Origin: the human T2T-CHM13v2.0 reference genome, Homo sapiens
Length of the DNA: 64,000 nt
Reading direction: 5' to 3' (one strand)
Assembly: GCF_009914755.1 (NCBI RefSeq)
Contig: NC_060926.1
Each line of letters starts with the position of its first letter. The first letter of the stretch is position 1. Positions 28,734 to 40,790 of the stretch are shown here, piece by piece. A program made the position numbers and the translations under genes. The notes beneath the pieces were generated by a model, which saw only the letters and a list, made by a program, of their open reading frames with translations, had not been told where the DNA came from and did not search any database.

Positions 28734-29329
28734 AAAAATTTAAGTCCATGGTCAGAATACGAACTGTGAAGTGAGACATGATATTTCTGTTTGATAAGTA
28801 CACATTAGTTCACATATGAATATATAAATGTTTTACTGAATTTAAATTGTATCTTCTAGCTAAACTTTATTCTTTAACATTGTTAATTGTTGCAAAACTA
28901 AAGAATATGTCCATAAAATCAAACATTAATCAATGGCATGACTTAATTGTACCTTTTAAGATATTTTGTTTTTCTTAAAATTCATTTATTGGTTGTTAGA
29001 TAATTATTTACACAATATTTTTATATCAGGCTGCAACCAAAGAATCAAAGTTCAAACTCTTAGTTACATATAGTAACTGTTAAATAAATAGTTATGCAGA
29101 ATTGGGTTTTTTGAACTGTAATATTTATATTTTTAATAATATGATTAAATATATGAATGAAATAAATTAGTCAGCATCTGCTGTTTTTGGCTCTTATTAT
29201 CATTTGCCTTATTTCCTGACTATAAATTAAAATAATTTTGTCATACAGAGGAAATGGATCTAAAAAATGATCTTCTCTGTGTCTCAAATGCACTAGCTAT
29301 GCGACTGACCACAATATTATCAACAATGA

Positions 29330-30400
29330 CCAATATTTACTAAGCAGCTTCTGTTGGTTCTAGGGTTTATTCTGAGGTTTCTGATACAACAGTAAACATA
29401 ACAGACAAAATTCTTGTCTTTGTTGAGTTCACATCCAAGTGAATGGGGGAAAATAAATAATAAATACAATAACAAGATACATCACATAATATGTTAAGAA
29501 GTGATACATGCTCTAGAAAAAAAGTAAGGCCGGGAAAGAGGATCAGCATGTGTTCTGGTGGGGCTATGATTTCAAAAAGGGCCAAAGTAGATCTCAATGA
29601 AAAGCTGACATTTGGCCAAAGAATGAAGGAACCGACAGAGTGAGACTCCACTGTCCTCCTCACAGACCTCGTAGTCAGTGTCCCATATGTCATCTCATTT
29701 ACCAAGCTCATCCTGTTTGCTGTAATTGGTATCCATGGATAGGACTTAACTGAATAGCAAAGTATAGCTATATACTATACCAAAGCAACACAGTGCTGTA
29801 AAGAGCAGAAGGAAGACTAAGTTAAACCTGGCATCTAGACATAGGAGGAGGCTTTGTGAAGGCAACTGTGTTTTGGTCTTAACACATATCTAGGAAGTGT
29901 GTAAACAGAGATTATTCCCGTGTAGGGGCTATTTGTGCTAAAGCACAGAGGTAGGAACCTTGAATATTTAGGAAGTCAGAATAATGGTCTGTGGATCTTC
30001 AGCTGAGACAGAGACAGGCAAGCGATTAAGATTTGGGAGAAATCAAGGACTCTTGCTAGGTTGTTGGCATTAGGTCTGAAAAAGATAGATTAAATCAGAA
30101 GAGTGGGGTGTTCATTGTATGGTTTTTCACAAGTAGACATGTGTTTACTCACTGATGAAAGTCAAAGGGTGGCTGTGCTTGAAGTTGGCTGAAATACACT
30201 AGATTTAAGGAGGCTGAGGATAAATGGGTTGGGGGCAGGGGTGGTCATCAATATGGAGTTTAAGTTCAATGAAGAGGACACCAGAGGAAAGGCGGGAAGA
30301 GAAGACTGCAAATCTAGCACTGGTATAAGTGAGAAAAGTGGAAAAATATCCTAATCTTTTTATGAGTAGTGAGAGTGAGAAAAAGAGATAATTGTATTTC
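29330..30400 (-). mobile_element. L2 fragments
   Basis: aatatttactaagcagcttctg...gatacaacagtaaacataacagacaaaattcttgtc...gaaaagctgacatttggccaaaga (antisense L2 3' region). Confidence 0.65.
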
Positions 30401-31342
30401 AGCTTTTAGTTGGTGGTTCCTTATAGGGTAAGACTAGTGACCAACCTCTTTTCTTTAGTTTGGTAATTCCACTGTGTTGATTTGAATTGGGAGGGAGAAG
30501 AAGGGGAGGGGGAGAAATCAGGAAACATATATTGTTCACAATATCAGATTCAGTAAATGTAAAACTCAGAGGTGAGATGATGCCTGCAGTTAAACACCAA
30601 TTGACTGAAAAGCACAGAAACTATCAAGACGCTGTGTGTGTTCTCAGAGATCCCCCAATATGTACATATGATCCAAAGCCAAATGACAAAGGATGTGTTT
30701 CATAAACCAAAAATAGACATTCTCCACAAATACGACCCTCTAGGGAAACCCCAGGGGACCCTTGCACAGGGCAAGGTTTACGTAAGAGGCTGTAGAGTCT
30801 CTGCCCTCTCTCTTCTGGAAAGATGTGTAAGGAAGGATTGTCTCTGAACACTTGAGTACATTCCCTTGGCAGTACACACTACATGCTCTCCCCAAACATA
30901 TTGTTCTTCTTCCAGGACAGTTTAAATATTGTAATTTTCTTATCCAGCTGAATAATATCATTTAGGAGGGCAGAGTAGGGGCTCTTGAACTGAGAACAGA
31001 TGTATTAGGAGCCAAATTCTAGGCCAGTCCTCTGCAGATTGGTAGGGGAAGAACCATCTTATTTGCAGAGAGACCATTTATTTAGAAGTCCACCATTTGG
31101 TGAAGCATTCAACACACTCAATGTATAGATGTTTTATTAATATTTCCGGGCTCTATCAAAATAGCTCTTTCAAACCAACTCATGACCAGGTTAGAGGAAA
31201 GGTGTCATGAGAAAAAAAATAGAACCACATAACAATGACTTCAATGACTTTGAAAACTGAACTGTCACTTGGCATGAGCAGAGGCCTCAGAACATGTGGT
31301 TAAAGGAGAATGCTCTTCAAAGTACCAGCTCTCCCCACCCCA

Positions 31343-31351
31343 ACACACACA

Positions 31352-31396
<45 letters not shown>
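31343..31396. repeat. (CA)n microsatellite, about 27 units, one TA interruption
   Basis: Direct reading. Confidence 0.97.
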
Positions 31397-31398
<2 letters not shown>

Positions 31399-33329
31399 GT
31401 CTCTTTTCTTCCTTTATTAAGGCATGTAATTTAAGTGTCCTTCACAGAAGCAGAAATGGCTTTTGGTAGGGTGTCTCAAAACCTTTTCAACATTTCTTCT
31501 CTTTGATGTCAGGATTACCACCTCAAATATTAGACGTGTAACATTTTCATTAAAACCAGGTTCAGAATTTAGAACAAACAAGAGCGAGTTCCCTAGGGAA
31601 GTCCTAGAGATCCATTTTTGGAAGAGAATGTCTGTGTTTATACTTCCAGTTTATAAAACATTTACCAATCACTTGGCCTCAGAACATGTTTACAGAGGGA
31701 AAAGCGCACCCACAAAACAAACAAACTGCTTCTTTCACAGTGTGGACCAATAGTCCTTGGCTCTTCCCTTTTGAGCATTATTTTTTCCTGCCTGATAGAG
31801 GGATTCACTCTCCCAGTCACGTGGTTTCTGCACAACATCCATTCTTACAGCCACAGTTAGGTTCTGATTCCCTCCTGTCTTATGTACTGACAACTGGTTA
31901 AAATTAGAAAGAAAGCTTCTTACTGATGAGTGTCCCTCACTAACTAGCAAATCTTGGATGTTTCACCCTGAGGTGGCATCCTGGGCAGTGTGGACAGTTC
32001 CCTGAGGCTGTTCTGCAGAAGAACGTGGAAGCCCTATTATCATGGTTCCAGCTCTCGGTCTGGTCCTCTGTTCGGATTAGCAGATAATTGAATTAGTAGT
32101 GCCCACTTTGATGCAGTCCCTCAATAGGAGCATGGAATCCAATTTACCAGTAATTTCAACAATAAACTTAAGTCCTACTTTGTGGGTCCTAGCGAACAGA
32201 TTGTTGGGGGATGCATTAAGCTGGTCTCATCCAATAGTTAGTTTATAAAAACAAACAAAGAAATAGAAGAAGTTAACCTGTTTCTTTTCTGTGAGCAGAA
32301 AGTAAAGTCAAATCAAGATGAAAACTTGTGAGAAAGATATCAGGAATTAGTGACAATGAAGTTATGTAGGTAAGAGAGTAAGGTTCAAAGGGAAAGTTGT
32401 GAGGACTAACTACAGAGTAATCAGAGTTGTGCACAGGAAAAAGTGAGGATGCCCCTAGCCTGGGTAGTTCACAGGTCTTTCATGTCAGACTCAGCAGCTC
32501 TAACCTTTTCATTAACCAGAGTTAGAATTTTGAGCTTTTAGCATGCAGCAATCAGCAACTCTCCCAAATAAATTGCAAGGAGTCATGCTTTATGCAAACC
32601 TGTCACCTTCATGAGTCATTAGGAAAATATCTTGTGTCAACCTTGCCAGCTGTATAGCTTCATATGAACTCACAAATCTGTACTATTTGAGACCAAATCT
32701 CTTCTGTAGTCATTGCTGCTGGGGCATATTGTTAAAGTTTGAGTAACAACTGTTTAAGACCATTCAAATTCAAGCACAGGGACTTATGTATAGTTGGGAT
32801 TCAGTCTGTGTTTATTAATAAATTCATCAATTAAAATAATCAATTTCATGGTGCTGGAAGAGGAGCCATGTGTAAGTGGTGTGAAGTAGTTACCAATGTC
32901 TTTATATTTTCTATAAATATATCTTCTGAGCGTTGGTTTGGTATGCTATGCTCAGGTATCTATGAATTTGTTATTTATTATCAACTTGGATTTGTTTTAC
33001 AGAAGTCCTGCTGAACTTACAATTACACACAGGAAGAAATTTAGGAAGACTCTTTCTTTCCATTTCCAAAGATGAATGTTATTGTCCTCATTAAGATAGA
33101 AACACTTTTTGAATCCTAGTCTTCTCCGGACCTTTCTCCCATTGTAATACAGCCTTTTGAAGGTTAAAAGTCATGTTTGTCTGTTCCATTACTACCCTTA
33201 TACTTATCCCAGTGCTTTACACCTAATCGGTGCTTAATACTTTTTATCATTTAACAGCATTTAATATATAAATATTTAATACTATTTGTTGACTGAATAA
33301 AGGAATAAATGAACTGCCACCCTTGTGAA

Positions 33330-34040
33330 ACACAGCTCAATTGGATCTTGAAATTGCTTTCCTACATACTAAGAAATTAGCTTTCTAAATCCTGTGTTCA
33401 TCATTTTCTTGCTATATTTTTATTACATCTCTATATATTCTTTAAAATTCTATATATTTTTACTGCATCTCTATATGTTCTTTATTTAGTTCAATAGCTT
33501 TTAACTTCACAGAAATGTATCATGCCATGCTACAAGAAAAAATTAGTGACTTATTTAGCTTCTGCTTAATATCTTAATATTATATTACTAAGGTGAATCC
33601 ATATTGTCAATTGCTATCCTTCATTTGTTTGGATTGTTGTGTGAAAGTCCTTTGCTGAGACCTTGTGAATTCTTCTGTTGATGAGTACCTAGGCTTTAAC
33701 TGTTAAAAATAAGGCTGTCATGAACATTCACGCACATATTCCCTCTCGTGTATGTGCAAGTGTTGTTGGGTTCATATCTAAGAGTGTATTTGTTGTGCCA
33801 TAAGATATATAAATGTTCAAATTTAAAAGGTCACGTAAAGCTGTTTTCCAAAGTAGTTGCACCAGTTTTACAATCCCATTAGCAAAGTTTAAAATCTTCC
33901 TCCAATTTATCCTTTCAAACACTTGGCAATATCAGACTTTTAAAACACGTGCCAATTGCAAAATGTATCTGTTTGTTAAATAATACCTCAGTGTGGTCTT
34001 GATTAGTATTCCCCTAATCACTAATGACATTCATCAGCTC
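33330..34040 (-). mobile_element. Old L1ME-like 3' fragment
   Basis: atgaacattcacgcacatatt...gctgttttccaaagtagttgcaccagtttacaatcccattagc. Confidence 0.7.
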
Positions 34041-34229
34041 TTTATGTGTTTGTTAGTCAGGAGATTGATTTCAGTGTCAGTGCTTCCTTTCTGGATTCCC
34101 ACGATTTGCGAGGTTTTGGTTGTTTTTGGTCATTCTTTCTCCCAGGTCGTCCTAGCCCAGTTGATGATTGTTTGCCTGGGACAGGGAACAGACTTGTTTC
34201 GGTTTCTTTCTCATGTGGACAGTCCTTTC

Positions 34230-34350
34230 AAGTTCTGATTTCTAGTGTCAGCTCCATGACTTCTAGCTTGAGCATCTGTGACAAATGGACGAGGATTTGG
34301 TGTCTTAGGTTTCTCATCTGTAAAATGGGGGTAATAATAAAACCATCAGG
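34230..34350 (+). mobile_element. MIR fragment
   Basis: ggtttctcatctgtaaaatgggggtaataata MIR core. Confidence 0.7.
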
Positions 34351-34681
34351 GTATATGATGGTCATATACTTATATCAAATGACATTTCTATCGACACTAG
34401 GTCTGTTTTGTACTTTGCTTCTCCCTCATTGCCAAGCTCTTAGATTTGACTTCTTCCATCCCTGCTTCTAGAATGGCCTGTATCAAGTTTCTACTGGCCT
34501 GCTCTACCCTATGTTTGTAACTGTTAGAAAATAATTAAGATACTATAATGATGATGATACCTAACAGTTTGGCAATTAATATGTGCCAAAGATGGTACTA
34601 AGCATTTTATAGATGTTACTTAATTTAATGCTTATAACCACTATATAAAGTAAATACAATTAGTATACTTATTTGTGTATA

Positions 34682-34890
34682 CAGTTGTCAGCAAACTTCA
34701 TGTATAAAGGACCAAATAGTAAATATTTGGGGCCTTCAAAGTCCTTGGTCTCTGCCATTATTCAAACCTGCTATTGTAGTATGAAAGCAGACATTGACAA
34801 TATAAAAAATGAATATTCCAATAAAATTATTTACAAAAAGAGATGGTGGCAGACAGACTTGGCCTATGACCTATAACTTGCCTGCCCTAG
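34682..34890 (+). mobile_element. MER58A-like hAT MITE
   Basis: cagttgtcagcaaacttcatgtataaaggaccaaatagtaaatattt...aataaaattatttacaaaaagagatggtggc. Confidence 0.8.
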
Positions 34891-35004
34891 AATGTTGCCT
34901 TTGATGCAGGAGTGAGAGCTACATCTCAAAATTGTCGTCATGCCTGTAGGCTTACCTAAGGAATGGGATGATTTTTTAGAACGTGCAGCAAATGTTCTTG
35001 TTTA

Positions 35005-35670
35005 ACTTTGTCAAATATGTATTGAGTATTCAGGGTGTGCTAAGCACTACCCCAGGTGCTAAGGATACAGAAATAAATTAAGGCACAGTCTCTGTCCTCT
35101 AGGCTCAAAGAATCGTGGTAGGAAATTCAGGTAGACAAACATGGAATTCATAAGTACTAAAATATAAATACACAGTCAGTGCCACAAGAAAACAGACAAG
35201 TGGCTCCATGAGTTCACAGACATCACAGGGCACCTACTGTGTTCCAGTCACTAAGATGGAACCTGGGGATACAGAATACATGAGGCAGACACAACCCTCA
35301 CCCTCACTTAACTGGGAGTTTAGTGGGGAAACTCTGTTTAAACAAATAATTTAGCAAATATTTACAAGTGTGCAAAATGCTGAGAAGAAGTGGTAAATAC
35401 TATGAGAGCATATTGAACATGTGGAATCTGGGAATAGAGAATTTGTCTGGTATGACCGGATTATGAGGTGGTGGAACATGAACTGAAATGTGAATTAGGG
35501 CCAGACCAGAGGGTTTTGAACACCAAGTTAAAGAACTTGGGCTTTATTCTGGAGGCACCTGGTAGGCATCAAAGATTATTGAACAGGTGAATGACAAGAC
35601 TAGTCCTTTTGAAAGAAAACTCTGGCAACCATATGTAGAGTAATTTGAAAGTAGAGAGAAATGAAGTCAA
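35005..35670 (-). mobile_element. L2 fragments
   Basis: caaatatgtattgagtattc...ggtgctaaggatacagaaataaattaaggcacagtctctgtcctc; gaacaccaagttaaagaacttgggctttattct. Confidence 0.7.
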
Positions 35671-36360
35671 CAGACTCAGTCTCACCACAGCCTTAATGGA
35701 AAACCATTTAATGAATGCATGAAGATAGCAGAAGAGAAGATGCTGACGGTTGTTTGGCTGTTCAATAATTCCAAAAAGAGAAGTGGGTGCTCCCTATAAA
35801 GGCTTTAGTAAACATTTTAATGAGTAGCATATTAATTGTCTGTATTATTTTTGGTATGGTAGTGGGTCATTACTTATCTATAAATAATATTATTTGCCAA
35901 AATACACTGAGCTAAACTTTTAATCTTTTAAATATTTCAACATAATACTTGCCGAGTATTGGCCTGTTAATTTTCTTCAAATCTACTTTCTGCAAGTACC
36001 ATTCAAAACCAAAATGATCGTAAGTCAGTGTAGTTACAGACTACAAGGTAATGGCATCCAAATCATATGAGATTTGCCCTGTGACATGACTATTTGTTAT
36101 TCTGGGTCAAATACTTTATAAAAAGGATACAAATGGTGTGCTTTCCTGCTCTATCAGACTTAATAATGGAAAAGATTTCTAAAGGTGCTTCTCTAATTCA
36201 GTGGCTTCACCATTGATACGATCACTAAAACTCAACCCTTAGAGTAACGTTTGATTCTTTTCTACATTTATTAATAGTTACCAAGTGTAGTTGGTGGCCC
36301 ATTTAAAATGTTTCTCCCCTTAATCTTTTCTGTTCCGTCGTTACTTCCACCATCTCAAAG

Positions 36361-36640
36361 GATTCATAAATTTTGTTTCGGGAGCATGTCAGAAAAAAGA
36401 GATAGTGAGAGATAATAAGAGTCTTGACGAGGACAGTGGCTTCTGGATAAAAGGCCTTGGCCCAAGCAACGCCAAGGCTGTCATCTGCCTGGTGACACCA
36501 AAGTTTCATTGTAAATATATAGCAAAGCAGGAATCCTCTTTGGAAGCCAAAATATCTCACAGGCAGCAAAACAGATGGAAGAGCTGTGAATAATAAAAGG
36601 TCTTACAGGACTGAATCCAGGAAAGGGAGGATGCCTGTAG
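36361..36640 (+). other. Candidate non-coding exon
   Basis: Pyrimidine tract at 36311-36356, then aag| acceptor; donor tag|gtgagg; no recognisable protein. Confidence 0.2.
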
Positions 36641-39600
36641 GTGAGGAAAGGGTTACAGGTCCCCCACGGCTCTGTTCAGCCACACATACACGAACAGGGT
36701 ATACACAAAAACGCCATCCTAACTGACAGGCAGCTGATCATTTCTGCAGCAGACATTGGTCTTAATATCTGCATCCTAATTTATTTGACATCTGCAGAAC
36801 ATCCAAAGACAATATTCAAGTATGGGATGGGCAATCCGGCTGCTTTCTGAGTTCATCAAATATCTCACACTCCTTTTTCAAATGTTTTCAGTTTTGCAAA
36901 ACTCAAAATGCATTTTGCCAAACATGTTCTCTGTTAATGTTTATTTAGAAGGGAATTTAATCCGTATGCTGCTGGTACATTTACACTTAACTCATCGAAA
37001 TGTTTTACTAGAGTCATTTGATGTCCAAGAAACCTTTTGAGTCTTTTTTATAAGCCTCTTCAAGCCCATTTTGCTTCGAAACAGGAAGTCGCCTGTTACT
37101 AACCATAAATGAATGCACTCCCCAGAGGATTTGGTTTCATTTAAGACACTGAGAGACCACAAGGTCTCAGCCTACCCTGAACTCCACAGAAAAGATTTTT
37201 TCCTGAACCTACCGAGAATGAGCCATGCACAGATGAGGTGCTGTTATTATTTTCCAAAACGAAATCCTTTATGAAGAGGCATCTTTCATACAACTCCTGG
37301 GAAAGACGGTTACCGAAACAGAGCGCTAAATCATTGGCTTTGCGAGCTGCACCTGGTCAATGTCACTGTCTCCTATGAATCCACTTACCATTCAGAGCTC
37401 GTTTGCCAGTATTAATAGAACAAATAAAATGGAATGGGAGATAAAGATACCGACATAGTGATTTCTTGCTTCAGGAAAACCTTCCTGAGTTACAGACCAA
37501 TACAATGTTCCCAACCACAAGCCAGGGAGCCAAAGCTGATATAAACACAGCATCCAAGCCACAGAACATGACTTGTTTAAGGCTTAATTCTGTGAAGTAA
37601 GGCAGGAAACAAGATTTATCCTTCTGGGAAACTTTTGGCATTTGCCTCGGGCTGGGCCTGATTACTCTCTGCCGTCCTCACCATCCATTACAGCTATCTG
37701 AAGGACATCAATTTTTTGCCCAAACTAAGGCAAGAGAGAAATGTCTCCATCTGAGTCCTGTAGAAATCTTTGTGTTTGACGTGGCATTAAACAACCAAGA
37801 GCGAACTGCCCTGTTGTGTGTTGCTGCGAGGATCATCGTTGCTATCTTAGGCCTTTTGGCTGTGAAGGGGAGTGAAATTAGTTGGGCTAAAGCCATTTTA
37901 CAAACATAGTAAAAATAAATTACTACACTTATTAATTGAATCTTAAACTTGTCATTATGGCAAACTCTAAATTATTCCAAGAGCCTTCACTGAGACTTGG
38001 CAAAAATATTGGGTGCTGGAGGTCAGTTTTCATGTATGAAATCCAGCTTAGGTTATAACTGCACAGGCTACAGAGTAAACGTTCAAAGGATGAATGGGCC
38101 ATTGAGAAGTAAATCAGACTCCCTGAGACTCTTAAATGAGTGCTGGAAGATTTCAAGCCATCAGTGTGGTGGGCTACCAATAGAATTGAGCTGTTAATAG
38201 AAGATAATTTGGGGCTGTTTAATATCAAGTATTTTTCTTTGTCATGTGTGTGTAAGAGTTTGTTTTTCAACGTGTCTTGTGTCTTTATGTCATGTTATTT
38301 TAGTTGTTTTAACTGCATGCTGATTGGGCACCGAAAGCTGTGAGTTAGTCCTTGGCCCACATTGTAATTCCTGGGCACAAGGCTGGAGTGTTTACACTGC
38401 AGGGGGATGTTCAGACTCTGACCCAACTGGGAGACATTTCGGTTAACATTTGGCTTTACTTACTTGTCCTAAATACTACATTATTAATGGGGTATTAATA
38501 TTAGATCATTTCATTGGTTCCTTTCTTTTCTCTTTCAAATCATATTTTAAAGGCCACTGTCCTTAGAATAAGGTTTAAACCTCTCTTTAATGTCACTGCC
38601 TCAGAATTTGGCATACATAAAACTTCTCAGGACACTCAAGTAAAAGAATTAAAACAACTCAAGCAAAAAAATAAGAAATAAAAGACGAGCAAATATATAT
38701 CTTTTCAGTGACATTGGAAAAACGAATGAATTCATTCTTCAAATTGCTTATGTAAAAACTTTTATATCCAAATTCTGGTGTCACTGCTAATAGTTCATTA
38801 GGCCCCGGGAAGTGACCTGATTACATATAACCCTAATGTAGTGGCCAGAAGTAAATATTTTACAATTATTTTCCATTTTGGTCTTATGAATTATTTTTCA
38901 AAACAGGTCTACACAGTCTCAATTGCCTTATTAATTTACGTAAGATCATTTGTGGTTCAAAGCTACCTATATACATATTTATTGATTCAATGCCAGTCTA
39001 CTCTTGCCAGAATAAGTCATGGAAACATCATGCCTAATGGTAGAAATGGTCTCAACTGGAAGACTATTTTATGAATTTACCAAGTTCATCACAACACACA
39101 TAACCATGATATCTAAATGGAACAGCTTCAGAAAGCACGTGAGTGTTTTACATCATGGCATAGATGGTATATATTTTACTGCCTGGGTATGAATGGTAAG
39201 AAAATGACCCACTTCATTTTAGTGCCATTTTGTTCCCAGAGAAATCATTGTTTGCTTTGGGTGCTACTAGCAATTCAAGCTTGAATGTGTCATTTTGTCC
39301 CCATATCTTCTGCTCCTATTGTGTCTTCAGTTTTTGTTAATGGTATCAATGCTGCCATTAACTTTGATGTCTCCCAATTTGAAGGTCAATAAAAGAAATG
39401 GTTCCTGTTGCATAGAACATAGAATCCAAAGACACTTTCTAAGTGGCCCCATTCAACATTTGATTTTCTTTAGTGACTAGAATTTCTATTTTATCTCTCA
39501 CTAGCATTATTAGGTAAGCAATTTATGTATGGGTACATTAATATATATTATGATTTTTATGTGCATTTAGAGATACATGTGCATAGAATGCTATACATGA

Positions 39601-40149
39601 GCAACTGTTTTTATGAGTGCACTCAAAACAGCAAACCAGAATTATCAACAACAAAAATAATAACGAAGTGCTATTTAGTGCTGTTTTCTTATATGTAATT
39701 CTAATCAATCCTCATTTTAAAAATCTATGATTATTTTCTGCTTTTCTTTCCCCCCTCCTCCTTTTATTTATTTATTTTGTGTGTGTGTCTTCTCATTATT
39801 ATTCTACAGCTTTGCCAAATAATATGTAGAGGTTCAGTTAAGATTAGGTAGCGAAGAGTGAAGTTAGGCTTTGATGCCAGTTAGATCTGACTCAGAGCCA
39901 AGTTCTTTTCACCAAAGCCACACCTTCTTTGAGGTTGAGGGAGGAGGTGGCATCTTAACTCTACTATTTTTATGTTTTTGTCACCATTGTAGAGGGCCAT
40001 TGTGGATGAATTAGCTTCTTGGTATGCATACACACATGTGGATCTTGTTTATGAATAGCTATGGGAGAAACAAAGTCAATGTTTATTTCTATGGTGGAAA
40101 TATAGATTTTGCAAACATGCTTCATAATACCATCCAATTATGGCAGCTT

Positions 40150-40301
40150 CTGGGATAAGAGGAGCAAAGCATCTGGGACACAGTTTAAGGTGGCACTCAC
40201 TCTCAGGGTCCTACAAGTGCAGGGTCCACAGCTGAGAGTGAGTGCTACCTTAAATTTTATAGGCTAAGCACCTCACTTGCCCACCCCTAGTCCTGGGCCT
40301 G
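40150..40301. mobile_element. MER96-like palindromic MITE
   Basis: tttaaggtggcactcactctcag...ctgagagtgagtgctaccttaaa inverted repeat; 3' end cctagtcctgggcctg. Confidence 0.8.
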
Positions 40302-40334
40302 CATTCACAATTACCATACGCTCTAGTTCCACTG

Positions 40335-40790
40335 AAGTTAACGCTAACAATTTGGAGATGTATTAAACACCTACCATGTGCCCTCTCTTGTAGGGAAAGT
40401 AAAAATAGTTCCAATCACATTGCATAGGACTGTATTGGAGAAAAATGTCATCCAACTGGACAAAACAAGGCCTGCATTTAGGAAACAATCAAATCAGGTA
40501 CATCGTCAACTCCATAAACTAGCATGACCGCGTGAGATCACAGAATGAGGGAGTCAGTATGGTGGGTTGTGGAGGACATTCTTGAAGAGGTCCTGAAGGA
40601 AAAGCCATTGTGCTGCAAATCGGGGTGAGGCAGGGCCCTGCTGGAGAGACTATGGATCTCCAAGCAGAGGCTGATTGATGTTGGCTGTAGGAAGCCATTT
40701 ATGTGTTTGAACAGGGGAACAATGTGCAGAAAGCTCTGAGATGGATTATGCATCATTTTGCTGGAGTGGGTCAGGGTGATGGATGGATGG
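40335..40790 (-). mobile_element. L2 fragments
   Basis: gtattaaacacctaccatgtgcc; gtaggaagccatttatgtgtttgaacaggggaacaatgtg. Confidence 0.5.

Noticed and set aside
39735-39855. Long pyrimidine tract with ctacag acceptor
   Set aside because: Lies in a MIR-like relic and the following donor (tag|gtagcg) is weak.
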